A stretch of DNA of 32,000 nucleotides. Source: Thermococcus kodakarensis KOD1 (GTDB taxonomy: Archaea > Methanobacteriota_B > Thermococci > Thermococcales > Thermococcaceae). Made by a program: the position numbers and the translations under genes. The DNA is taken from positions 1,860,001-1,892,000 of the forward strand of contig NC_006624.1 in the NCBI RefSeq assembly GCF_000009965.1. The letters are read 5' to 3'. How positions within the stretch are numbered: the stretch's first letter is position 1; each line of letters starts with the position of its first letter. The notes under the pieces were generated by a model. It did no database searches and was not told where the DNA came from. It saw only the letters and a list, made by a program, of their open reading frames with translations. This document shows, piece after piece, positions 21,699 to 30,007 of this stretch.

Positions 21699-22907
21699 AT
21701 GGAAAGGGATGGCCTTAAGTTTTACCCTTCTCATTCATATGACGTTTATGGTCTCTCTCACAACCCGTTTGAGCAGCTCGCAAGCGAAGGAATAGCCGAC
21801 GTTGAGAGCATTCACGTCTACCAGGAAGTTGATATGCGCCTCCAGATGATAATCTCGGAGGTTCTCGGTCACAAAAGTTCTATTGCTCTCAGTATAGTCG
21901 GCCCACTCGGAATGGGAAAGACCCAGAGGCTCAAGAACATAGCCAAGGCCATCGAGGACAACGGTGGAAAGGCCATTTACGTCAAGGTTGACACCAACGA
22001 CATCTTGAAGCTCACGCGCGACATCTTCTATGCCCTTAAGCCGCCGAGGAGCAGGACGAACATCTTCCTTGAGAACCTCTCAAGGAAGTTAGGCTTCATA
22101 GACAGACTTGAAAAGATGCTGAGCGACCCGAACGAGTACAAGAGCAGGGACATTGCGGAGCTTCTGGTTGAGCAACTCAAAAAGTACCCATACTCCGCTC
22201 TCCTTTTGGATGAGCTTGAGAACATGCAGGGAGCGGGAGAGAGGGAGAAGATACAGTTCTTTGAGATGCTGAGGCACGTGATAAGCACGATGCCGCCGGG
22301 GTGTATAGTGGCCTTCGCCTGCATCCCGGAGGCGTACGAGGAGTACACGAAGATCTTCCCAGCGTTCTTCATGAGGCTCCACTATGAGTTCAAGCTGAGG
22401 CCGATGAGCGTCGAGGAGACATTTGAACTTGTCAAGAAAAGGCTCAACAAGGCGAGAGTGAAGGATACGGACGACCCGATCTATCCGTTCACGGAGGAGG
22501 CGATTAAGCTCATCCACGATTTGGCGAGGGGCAACCCTAGGCAGATTTTAAGGCTCCTCCACTACGTCCTGAGCGAAGCGGCGAAGCACAAGTTCGACCC
22601 CATAGACGACTACGTGGTGACGACCATCCTCGAAGAGCCGAAGAGCCTTGAGGAGTACCTGATGAGGATTCCAAAGGACTACAAGGACCTCGTTGAGGCG
22701 GTGGTTTTTGAGTTCAAAGGAGGCCCTGTGAGTTATATTCAAGTGGCCAAAGCGGTCAAGAAGCCGGGCATGCAGGTTTATGAGAGCCTCAACGAGCTCG
22801 TGAGGCTTGGCTTTCTCGTTGGAGACCCGAACGGCAGCTACAAGGTTCCTGACTATGTCAGAAAGTTTTTAGAAGAGGGACAGGCCGAAAAGCTGAGGGG
22901 TGAGTGA
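21699..22907 (+). CDS. ExeA/MshM-like AAA+ (AAA_22-type) ATPase with a C-terminal winged-helix domain
   Basis: N-terminal YGLSHNPF (compare ExeA FGLxxxPF), Walker A GPLGMGKT, Walker B LLLDELE, and a sensor-like GNPRQILRLL (compare ExeA GIPRLINLL). The C-terminal region of about 70 aa (VSYIQVAKAV...LNELVRLGFLV) looks like a wHTH domain. Confidence 0.7.
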   Translation: MERDGLKFYPSHSYDVYGLSHNPFEQLASEGIADVESIHVYQEVDMRLQMIISEVLGHKSSIALSIVGPLGMGKTQRLKNIAKAIEDNGGKAIYVKVDTNDILKLTRDIFYALKPPRSRTNIFLENLSRKLGFIDRLEKMLSDPNEYKSRDIAELLVEQLKKYPYSALLLDELENMQGAGEREKIQFFEMLRHVISTMPPGCIVAFACIPEAYEEYTKIFPAFFMRLHYEFKLRPMSVEETFELVKKRLNKARVKDTDDPIYPFTEEAIKLIHDLARGNPRQILRLLHYVLSEAAKHKFDPIDDYVVTTILEEPKSLEEYLMRIPKDYKDLVEAVVFEFKGGPVSYIQVAKAVKKPGMQVYESLNELVRLGFLVGDPNGSYKVPDYVRKFLEEGQAEKLRGE

Positions 22908-23441
22908 ATGCCGAACTACGATGTCCACGTCCTCAGCGGGATAGTTACCTATCCGGTGGCCGTCCTCGTAGGTTTCCTTCTCAAAATCTATCTTGGGGTT
23001 CCGCTGGAGCTTACTGCAACTTCCATGATGCTCGGCTATGCCTTTTACGTCCTTGGGAGCGATCTCCCAGACCTAGACCACCCCGATGCCCTTATACACA
23101 GGGGATCAAAGCCGATAGTCAGTGTTGCAGTGGGAAGCGCTGTTTACTTATGGGCAACTGGATGGGTGAACATCAGCCCAGAATGGGCCTCAGTTGTCGC
23201 GGCCTGGGTGATCGGAGCCGTTGGTGCTTTGGTTGGATGGTACGCCTTCACCTGGCTGATGCCGCACCACAGGGGGATCGTCCACTCTCTCCTCTTCGCG
23301 GCCGTTTACGGTCTGTTGGCCTTCCTGCTCGTTGAATACGGGCTTAGAATGAGCACTGGGGAAGCTATCTATGTGGGACTGTCCGCGTTCCTGGGCTACA
23401 CCCTGCACTTACTCCTCGACGGTTCCCTGAAACTCGTCTGA
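22908..23441 (+). CDS. membrane-bound metal-dependent hydrolase-like protein (YdjM/DUF457 family)
   Basis: 177-aa polytopic protein with LPDLDHPDALIHRG and HHRGIVHS His/Asp motifs typical of DUF457. The ATG directly abuts the stop codon of the ATPase gene. Confidence 0.6.
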   Translation: MPNYDVHVLSGIVTYPVAVLVGFLLKIYLGVPLELTATSMMLGYAFYVLGSDLPDLDHPDALIHRGSKPIVSVAVGSAVYLWATGWVNISPEWASVVAAWVIGAVGALVGWYAFTWLMPHHRGIVHSLLFAAVYGLLAFLLVEYGLRMSTGEAIYVGLSAFLGYTLHLLLDGSLKLV

Positions 23442-23521
23442 ATTTTCGTTTTTCAGTTCACACTTTTGTGGAACAAGGCTTTTAAATTGTCCACTCTAGT
23501 GGATGGCGGAGGTGAGTAAAA

Positions 23522-24514
23522 ATGTTCAGCCTTGGAGGATTCTCGCGCGGTGGGGAGTACGAGAAGAAGACCTGGGACGTTCTCATCATAGGAGCAGGGC
23601 CAGCTGGGTTCACAGCGGCCATTTACGCCGCCCGCTACGGCCTTGAGACACTGATCATAAGCAAAGACCTCGGCGGAAACATGGCCTTGACCGACCTCAT
23701 AGAGAACTACCCCGGCTTCCCAGAGGGGATCAGCGGTTCAGAGCTGACCAACAGAATGCACGAGCAGGTGAAGAAGCTCGGCGTTGACGTTATCTTCGAT
23801 GAGGTGGTGAGGATCGATCCAGCGGAATGCGCCTACTACGAGGGGCCGTGCAAGTTCACCGTGAAGACCGCCAACGGGAAGGAATACAAAGCCAGGACGA
23901 TTATCATTGCCGTCGGTGCCGCACCGAGGAAGCTGAGGGTTCCTGGTGAGGAAGAGCTTACAGGAAAGGGCGTTTCTTACTGTGCAACCTGCGACGGCCC
24001 GCTCTTCAAGGGCAAGAAGGTCATAGTAGTCGGCGGTGGAAACACAGCCCTCCAGGAGGCCCTCTACCTCAAGAGCATCGGCGTTGACGTTACCCTCGTC
24101 CACAGGAGGCAGCAGTTTAGAGCCGACAAGATACTCCAGGACAGGTTCAAGGAGAGCGGTATCCCTGCGATACTCGACACTGTTGTTACAGAGATCATCG
24201 GAAAGGACAAGGTCGAGGCGGTTAGGCTGAAGAACGTTAAGACAGGAGAAGAAACCGTGATGGAGGTCGACGGCGTATTCATCTTCATCGGCTACGAGCC
24301 GAAGACCGACTTCGTGAAGCACCTCGGCATAACCGACGAGTACGGCTACATCCCGGTCGACATGTACATGCGCACCAAGGTTCCGGGAATCTTCGCCGCT
24401 GGAGACATAACAAACGTCTTCAAGCAGATAGCGGTGGCGGTCGGCCAGGGCGCAATAGCAGCTAACTCTGCAAAGGAATTCCTCGAAGAGTGGAAGAATA
24501 AGAACAGCGAGTGA
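23522..24514 (+). CDS. trxB: thioredoxin reductase
   Basis: FAD motif IIGAGPAGFTAAIYAAR, redox-active CATCDG, a second dinucleotide motif VVGGGNTALQEA, and C-terminal FAAGD. GGAGGTGAG SD box. Confidence 0.9.
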   Translation: MFSLGGFSRGGEYEKKTWDVLIIGAGPAGFTAAIYAARYGLETLIISKDLGGNMALTDLIENYPGFPEGISGSELTNRMHEQVKKLGVDVIFDEVVRIDPAECAYYEGPCKFTVKTANGKEYKARTIIIAVGAAPRKLRVPGEEELTGKGVSYCATCDGPLFKGKKVIVVGGGNTALQEALYLKSIGVDVTLVHRRQQFRADKILQDRFKESGIPAILDTVVTEIIGKDKVEAVRLKNVKTGEETVMEVDGVFIFIGYEPKTDFVKHLGITDEYGYIPVDMYMRTKVPGIFAAGDITNVFKQIAVAVGQGAIAANSAKEFLEEWKNKNSE

Positions 24515-24595
24515 TCTTACTGTTTCTTTTTCTTACTTCTCAAATGTTTGCTTCGTTTAGCTCTGGATATTTCTCGAAAAATCTTCGGTCAAAAA

Positions 24596-24611
24596 TGTTC
24601 ATTGATGAACA
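24596..24611. promoter_or_regulatory. palindrome TGTTCAT-tg-ATGAACA immediately upstream of the aminotransferase TATA box
   Basis: Read directly: 7-bp perfect arms with the TATA-like TTATATA at 24618-24624. It uses the same half-site as the hydB leader repeat (4264-4301). Confidence 0.5.
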
Positions 24612-24645
24612 CAGGCTTATATAGGGGAAGGACAACGTTCCTCCG

Positions 24646-25992
24646 GTGATGCGCATGGTGGTTAGACCGAACGTTAAAGAACTCCCCGGGCCCAAGGCTA
24701 AGGAGGTTATTGAGAGGAACTTCAAGTACCTTGCCATGACGACCCAGGATCCGGAGAACCTCCCAATAGTCATCGAGCGCGGTGAGGGTATAAGGGTCTA
24801 TGACGTTGACGGAAACGTCTTCTACGACTTTGCGAGTGGTGTCGGTGTTATAAACGTCGGCCACTCCCACCCGAGGGTCGTCGAGGCCATAAAGAAGCAG
24901 GCCGAGAAGTTCACCCACTACTCGCTGACAGACTTCTTCTACGAGAACGCGATAATCCTCGCCGAGAAGCTCATCGAGCTGGCCCCCGGTGACATCGAGA
25001 GGAAGGTCGTCTACGGCAACAGCGGTGCCGAGGCCAACGAAGCTGCCATGAAGCTCGTCAAGTACGGAACCGGAAGGAAGCAGTTCCTAGCGTTCTACCA
25101 CGCCTTCCACGGAAGGACACAGGCGGTTCTCAGCCTTACCGCCAGCAAGTGGGTCCAGCAGGACGGCTTCTTCCCGACGATGCCGGGCGTTACCCACATC
25201 CCCTACCCGAACCCCTACAGGAACACCTGGGGCATTGACGGTTACGAAGAACCCGACGAGCTGACCAACAGGGTTCTCGACTTCATCGAGGAGTACGTCT
25301 TCAGGCACGTTCCTCCGCACGAGATTGGAGCTATCTTCTTCGAGCCGATACAGGGTGAGGGCGGCTACGTTGTCCCGCCGAAGGGCTTCTTCAAGGCCCT
25401 CAAGAAGTTTGCCGACGAGTACGGAATACTCCTCGCCGATGATGAAGTTCAGATGGGCATAGGAAGGACCGGAAAGTTCTGGGCCATTGAGCACTTCGGC
25501 GTTGAACCTGACCTCATCCAGTTCGGAAAGGCCATCGGCGGCGGTCTCCCGCTGGCTGGTGTCATCCACAGGGCGGACATAACCTTTGACAAGCCCGGCA
25601 GGCACGCGACGACCTTCGGAGGAAACCCGGTTGCCATTGCCGCTGGAATAGAGGTCGTCGAGATCGTCAAGGAGCTCCTCCCGCACGTCCAGGAGGTCGG
25701 AGACTACCTCCACAAGTACCTCGAGGAGTTCAAGGAGAAGTACGAGGTCATCGGCGATGCCAGGGGTCTCGGTCTTGCTCAGGCAGTCGAGATCGTCAAG
25801 AGCAAGGAGACCAAGGAGAAGTACCCCGAGCTGAGGGACAGGATCGTCAAGGAGTCGGCCAAGCGCGGTCTCGTCCTCCTCGGATGCGGCGACAACAGCA
25901 TCCGCTTCATACCGCCGCTCATCGTCACCAAGGAAGAGATCGACGTTGCCATGGAGATATTCGAAGAGGCCCTCAAAGCGGCTCTGAAGTGA
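24646..25992 (+). CDS. class-III PLP-dependent (omega/GABA/ornithine-type) aminotransferase
   Basis: Motifs [10 protein letters not shown], the DEVQ.G.GRTG block and [11 protein letters not shown] (PLP lysine region). The start is uncertain among GTG 24646, ATG 24649 and ATG 24655. The TATA position suggests a very short leader or a leaderless mRNA. Confidence 0.9.
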
Positions 25993-26035
25993 AAGCTTTT
26001 AACTTCCCCCTATTTTTTTATTCTGGTGATGCAAG

Positions 26036-26635
26036 ATGACGGATATAATAAGCGAGCTTGCCCACTACACACCCTACGTTTTCCTCGTAGCCATAGTGGT
26101 GTTTCTGGCTTACATCTGGGTTAACAGGGAGAAGTTCAAGAGCGTCAACACAATAGCCATAGCAGGCATTGCTGCCGCGCTCGTTGCCGTGGCTACAAAC
26201 GTCATCAAAGTCCCAACGCCGGCAACTGGAGGCTACATAAACCTCGGCGACACCATGGTCATGTTCACGGCGATGCTCTTTGGTCCTGTTATTGGAGCGT
26301 TTGCAGGTGGTGTCGGTTCGGCACTCGGCGACGTCATGGGTGGCTATCCTGGATGGGCTCCTATAACCTTGGTCGTCAAGGGCATTGAGGGACTTGTGGT
26401 GGGATATGTGGCGAAGAGAATGCAGGGGAACTCAGGGCTCATCGTTGGTGGAACAATAGGCGGGCTCCTGATGGTCACAGGTTACTTCCTCTTTGAGGCC
26501 TACGCCTTCGGAGTTCCGGCCGCGCTTGAAGAAGTACCGGGGAATCTCCTTCAGGCGGTTACGGGAATTATCGTAGGAACACTGCTCACGAACGCAATAA
26601 AAAAGAGATATCCAGAAGTGGAGGCACTAATTTAG
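26036..26635 (+). CDS. integral membrane protein, ECF-transporter S-component-like
   Basis: 199 aa with 5-6 hydrophobic helices. The Gly-rich core GYINLGDTMVMFTAMLFGPVIGAFAGGVGSALGDVMGG resembles S components and related vitamin transporters. The family assignment is tentative. Confidence 0.5.
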   Translation: MTDIISELAHYTPYVFLVAIVVFLAYIWVNREKFKSVNTIAIAGIAAALVAVATNVIKVPTPATGGYINLGDTMVMFTAMLFGPVIGAFAGGVGSALGDVMGGYPGWAPITLVVKGIEGLVVGYVAKRMQGNSGLIVGGTIGGLLMVTGYFLFEAYAFGVPAALEEVPGNLLQAVTGIIVGTLLTNAIKKRYPEVEALI

Positions 26636-26916
26636 ACGTCGAGGTTTTTAATCTCGTTCCACACTTCCTTTTCTTCGATTATGGGTTCAACGGAAACTCT
26701 TCTTGATGCCTTCTTTATCTGGCCCAGATAGTTGGAGTCTGCTATGACTGCATCATAGCCAAGCTCCTCAATTCTGTATATTTTGAGGTTTATCTGCTTC
26801 AGTGCATCTTTTGAGTACTCTATGAACTGCGGGCCCGCCAGCATTATGTTGGGATTCATTCCTTCGGATCTCAGTTCTCCTATTATCCTCTCTATCACTT
26901 CGAGTATCTCACTCAT
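26632..26916 (-). CDS. small conserved-looking hypothetical protein translationally coupled to deoC
   Basis: ATG 26916 lies within ATGAGTGA, overlapping the deoC stop, with GAGGGTG upstream. The track start GTG 26925 is an alternative. No family recognised. Confidence 0.5.
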   Translation of the reverse strand: MSEILEVIERIIGELRSEGMNPNIMLAGPQFIEYSKDALKQINLKIYRIEELGYDAVIADSNYLGQIKKASRRVSVEPIIEEKEVWNEIKNLDV

Positions 26917-27583
26917 CGGGGGCACCCTCTACTATTTTTACTCCACTGGAGGTACCAATCCTATTGGCTCCAGCCTCTATCATCTCAAGAGCCTGCTCAT
27001 ACGTCCTTATTCCTCCGGCTGCCTTAACGCCCATCTCGGGCCCAACGACTTTCCTCATCAGCCTGACGTCTTCAACAGTCGCTCCCCCTGTTCCGAAGCC
27101 GGTCGAGGTCTTAACGAAGTCGGCGCCGGCCTCCTTCGCCAGCTCGCAGGCCTTAACTTTCTCTTCCTCGGTAAGATAGCAGGTCTCGATGATTACCTTT
27201 ACCTTGGCCCCTCTCTCGTGGGCGACTTTGACAACTTCCGCTATGTCGTTCTTTACGTACTCGTAGTCCTTATCCTTGAGGGCGCCGATGTTTATCACCA
27301 TGTCGAGCTCATCTGCGCCGTCTTCAAGGGCCCTCTTTGCCTCGAAGACCTTGACCTCCGTTGGGGTTGCTCCCAACGGAAAGCCTATGACGCTCGCAAC
27401 CTTAACGTCGGCGTTCTTCTCTCTCAGGTAATCTTTGGCGAGTTTGACTCTGTAAGGATTGACACAGACCGCGTAGAAACCGTACTCAATGGCTTCATCG
27501 CAGAGCTTTATTATGTCCTCCTTGGTGGCATAGGGCTTCAGGTTCGTTTGGTCAATATACCGTGCAATCTCCCTCTTGTTCAT
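26909..27583 (-). CDS. deoC: deoxyribose-phosphate aldolase
   Basis: IDQTNLKP at the N-terminus, the Schiff-base lysine motif DFVKTSTGF, and GVKAAGGIR. The 224-aa length is typical of the class-I DERA family. Confidence 0.93.
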
Positions 27584-27680
27584 CTTACATCCCTGCTTAA
27601 AGTTAGATTCATTACAGTATTTAGGATTTTTCCCGCTAAAAATGAGTACTCCATCATCAAAAATGCGTAGTTCCGGAAGA

Positions 27681-27986
27681 TTATAACAAATTCCTCTTAA
27701 GCACCCTTAGAAATCTGTTTGAGACATCTTCGTCGCCCAAATTGGGCTCGATCTCCCCCTTAACGATCATTTCCAGTACTTCAACTGCGTTGTCCCAGTT
27801 CTCTTCCAACGTTTTTCCTTTGGGTATGGGGTTCCTGAGGACGTACCAGCGGGAAGTTTTTTCGTCGTACACGATTATTCGTGGAATGTAATCCAGGTCG
27901 AGGAAAGTATTGTCGAGCGTGAGCTCTATTCTGAAACCTTGAATTTCTAGGTAGCCATCCTCTCGAAGTTGCTTTTTCCAGTTCAT
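27681..27986 (-). CDS. hypothetical protein (101 aa)
   Basis: Clean ORF with its own A/T box (about 28021-28032) and typical coding composition. No recognisable motif. Confidence 0.45.
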   Translation of the reverse strand: MNWKKQLREDGYLEIQGFRIELTLDNTFLDLDYIPRIIVYDEKTSRWYVLRNPIPKGKTLEENWDNAVEVLEMIVKGEIEPNLGDEDVSNRFLRVLKRNLL

Positions 27987-28077
27987 CTTGTTTACCCCTG
28001 ATAATCAGGTGAAATTAGCATTTTAAAAATTCGTCCCCTGGATTTTGACCATCAGAATTATAAGAGGGAACGAAAAA

Positions 28078-28094
28078 TATCACCCGAGGTGATT
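28078..28094. promoter_or_regulatory. Thermococcales glycolytic motif (TGM), Tgr/TrmBL1 operator
   Basis: TATCACccgagGTGATT compared with the consensus TATCAC-N5-GTGATA, with one mismatch at the last base. It lies downstream of the TATA-like AATTATAAGA (28055-28064) and overlaps the SD box and TSS region of eno. Confidence 0.65.
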
Positions 28095-28097
28095 AGC

Positions 28098-29390
28098 ATG
28101 GAGAACCCGTTTGAGATAACCAACGTTATAGCGAGGGAAATCCTCGACAGCAGGGGAAACCCAACGGTTGAGGTCGAGGTCTACACCCCGATAAGCATGG
28201 GCAGGGCCGCCGTTCCGAGCGGAGCAAGCACCGGAACCCACGAGGCTCTTGAGCTCCGCGACGGTGGAAGCAGGTACCACGGGAAGGGCGTCAGAAGGGC
28301 CGTTGAGAACGTGAACAAGATAATCGCCCCCGAGATCATCGGAATGGACGTCACCTGGCAGAGGGACATTGATACCCTCATGCTCGAGCTCGACGGTACC
28401 GAGAACAAGAGCAACCTCGGTGCTAACGCAATACTCGGCGTTTCTCTAGCCGTTGCCAAGGCGGCCGCCAACGCCCTTGGACTGCCGCTCTACCAGTACA
28501 TAGGCGGAACCAACGCCTACGTCATGCCGGTTCCGATGAGCAACGTCATCAACGGCGGCGTTCACGCGGGCAACGAGCTCGACTTCCAGGAGTTCATGAT
28601 CATGCCCGTTGGAGCTGACAGCTTCCGCGAGGCTATAAGGTGGGTATCCGAAACCTATCATGTCCTCAAGAAGGTCATCATGGAGAAGTACGGAAGGAAC
28701 GCCGTGAACGTCGGCGACGAGGGTGGCTTCGCCCCGCCGATGAAGGAAGTAACTGAACCGCTCGATGTTCTCATCAAGGCCATCGAGGAGGCCGGCTACA
28801 AGCCGGGCGACGAGATAGCCTTCGCCCTCGACGCCGCTTCCAGCGAATTCTTCGACGGCGAGAAGGGCAAGTACGTGGTTGCTGGCAAGGAGTACGACAA
28901 GGGCGAGCTCCTTGAGCTCTACCGCGAGCTCGTCACGACCTACCCGATAGTCTCCATCGAAGACCCGTTCCACGAGGAGGACTGGGAAGGCTTCGTCATG
29001 ATAACCAAGGAGCTCGGTAGCAAGGTACAGATCGTCGGCGACGACCTCTTCGTCACCAACCCGAAGAGGATAAGGAAGGGTATTGAGATGGGGGCTGCGA
29101 ACGCGCTCCTCCTCAAGGTCAACCAGATTGGAACCCTCAGCGAGGCCATAGATGCCGCCTACACATCCTTCAGAGCAGGCTACGGAGTTGTAGTCTCCCA
29201 CAGGAGCGGAGAGACGGAGGATGCGACAATAGCAGATCTCGCCGTTGCCCTCAACGCGGGCCAGATAAAGACGGGTGCCCCGGCCAGAAGCGACAGGAAC
29301 GCCAAGTACAACCAGCTCATAAGGATAGAGGAGGAGCTTGAGGGAATAGCGGTCTATCCTGGAAAGAAGTTCAGGAACCCGTTCCTGTGA
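28098..29390 (+). CDS. eno: enolase (phosphopyruvate hydratase)
   Basis: Motifs [15 protein letters not shown] and SHRSGETED, and full-length similarity to enolases. The true start is most likely ATG 28098 (MENPFEI), not the track's GTG 28089, which sits inside the TGM. Confidence 0.96.
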   Translation: MENPFEITNVIAREILDSRGNPTVEVEVYTPISMGRAAVPSGASTGTHEALELRDGGSRYHGKGVRRAVENVNKIIAPEIIGMDVTWQRDIDTLMLELDGTENKSNLGANAILGVSLAVAKAAANALGLPLYQYIGGTNAYVMPVPMSNVINGGVHAGNELDFQEFMIMPVGADSFREAIRWVSETYHVLKKVIMEKYGRNAVNVGDEGGFAPPMKEVTEPLDVLIKAIEEAGYKPGDEIAFALDAASSEFFDGEKGKYVVAGKEYDKGELLELYRELVTTYPIVSIEDPFHEEDWEGFVMITKELGSKVQIVGDDLFVTNPKRIRKGIEMGAANALLLKVNQIGTLSEAIDAAYTSFRAGYGVVVSHRSGETEDATIADLAVALNAGQIKTGAPARSDRNAKYNQLIRIEEELEGIAVYPGKKFRNPFL

Positions 29391-29877
29391 CTTCTTCTCC
29401 TTCTTCCAGCATTTTTCTCAGCTGTTCCCTCTTTGTTTCGAGAATTTGTATTATGCCGTCGAGGATTTTAAGGTACTCCTTAATCGCTTCCCTTTCGAAC
29501 TCCTGCCTGCTGTAGCCCTTCTCCTGGAGCTTCTTCCTCATTCTTTCATGGTACTCGATGGCCACGTAGAGGGATTTAAGGGCCAGCTCATTGGCCTCCT
29601 GGAGCCACCTCCAGCCGTTCTCGGTGAGTCGGTACTTTACGCGCCTCCTCCTTCCCTGGTACTCTTCCTTGGGCTCTATAAGGCCCTCCTCGACCATTTT
29701 GTTGAGCATGGTGTAGAGGTTCCCGTGACTCGGCTTCCATATCCCCCAGGCTATCTTCTCTATCTCCTTGAGGATTTCATAGCCGTGCGTCTCTCCTCTA
29801 AGCCCGATTATCAGCAGTATCATGTTCTTTATTGGAACCGTGAACATGTCCCTCACTATTTTCTCCTCGGGCAACAT
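29371..29877 (-). CDS. PadR-family winged-helix transcriptional regulator
   Basis: PadR signature [20 protein letters not shown]...[23 protein letters not shown]-like CTTATAAAT (29899-29907; ATTTATAAG on the minus strand) lies inside the track's 5' extension, about 26 nt upstream of ATG 29877. I therefore call 29877 (MLPEEKIV) as the start. Confidence 0.78.
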   Translation of the reverse strand: MLPEEKIVRDMFTVPIKNMILLIIGLRGETHGYEILKEIEKIAWGIWKPSHGNLYTMLNKMVEEGLIEPKEEYQGRRRRVKYRLTENGWRWLQEANELALKSLYVAIEYHERMRKKLQEKGYSRQEFEREAIKEYLKILDGIIQILETKREQLRKMLEEGEEVTGTGS

Positions 29878-29920
29878 ACGCTCACCGCCCTCGAAAGGCT
29901 TATAAATCAGGGTCCGCCAC

Positions 29921-29941
29921 ATATGTTTGGATTAAACATAT
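29921..29941. promoter_or_regulatory. palindrome ATATGTTT-N5-AAACATAT (candidate PadR operator)
   Basis: Perfect 8-bp arms. It contains ATGT...ACAT half-sites with a 9-nt spacing; the PadR consensus I recall is ATGT-N8-ACAT. It lies in the PadR/MMPL divergent spacer. Confidence 0.45.
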
Positions 29942-29962
29942 TTGAATCAGACAGATTTACTA

Positions 29963-29980
29963 TTGACATATAACTGTCAA
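29963..29980. promoter_or_regulatory. palindrome TTGACA-N6-TGTCAA overlapping the A/T-rich promoter region of the MMPL gene
   Basis: Perfect 6-bp arms read directly, 28 nt upstream of ATG 30008. Confidence 0.4.
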
Positions 29981-30007
29981 CCTCTTAAAAAGGTTGGGGT
30001 GGTGGCA

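Noticed and set aside
26783-27670. 295-aa plus-strand ORF
   Set aside because: It is entirely antisense to deoC (an unambiguous DERA motif set) and to the coupled small ORF. There is no SD box or promoter, and the product is low-complexity.
27584-27680. C/D-box sRNA candidate (TGATGA on the minus strand near 27645-27655). Other intergenic regions were also scanned for RUGAUGA...CUGA.
   Set aside because: No properly spaced D', C' and D (CUGA) boxes or terminal stem follow the TGATGA. No other spacer has a convincing C/D arrangement.
28446-29201. 251-aa minus-strand ORF
   Set aside because: It is antisense to enolase and is a shadow ORF.
29878-29922. 5' extension of the PadR gene (MWRTLIYKPFEGGER...)
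   Set aside because: It contains a TATA-like ATTTATAAG positioned about 26 nt upstream of the internal ATG 29877. The wHTH domain begins shortly after that ATG.
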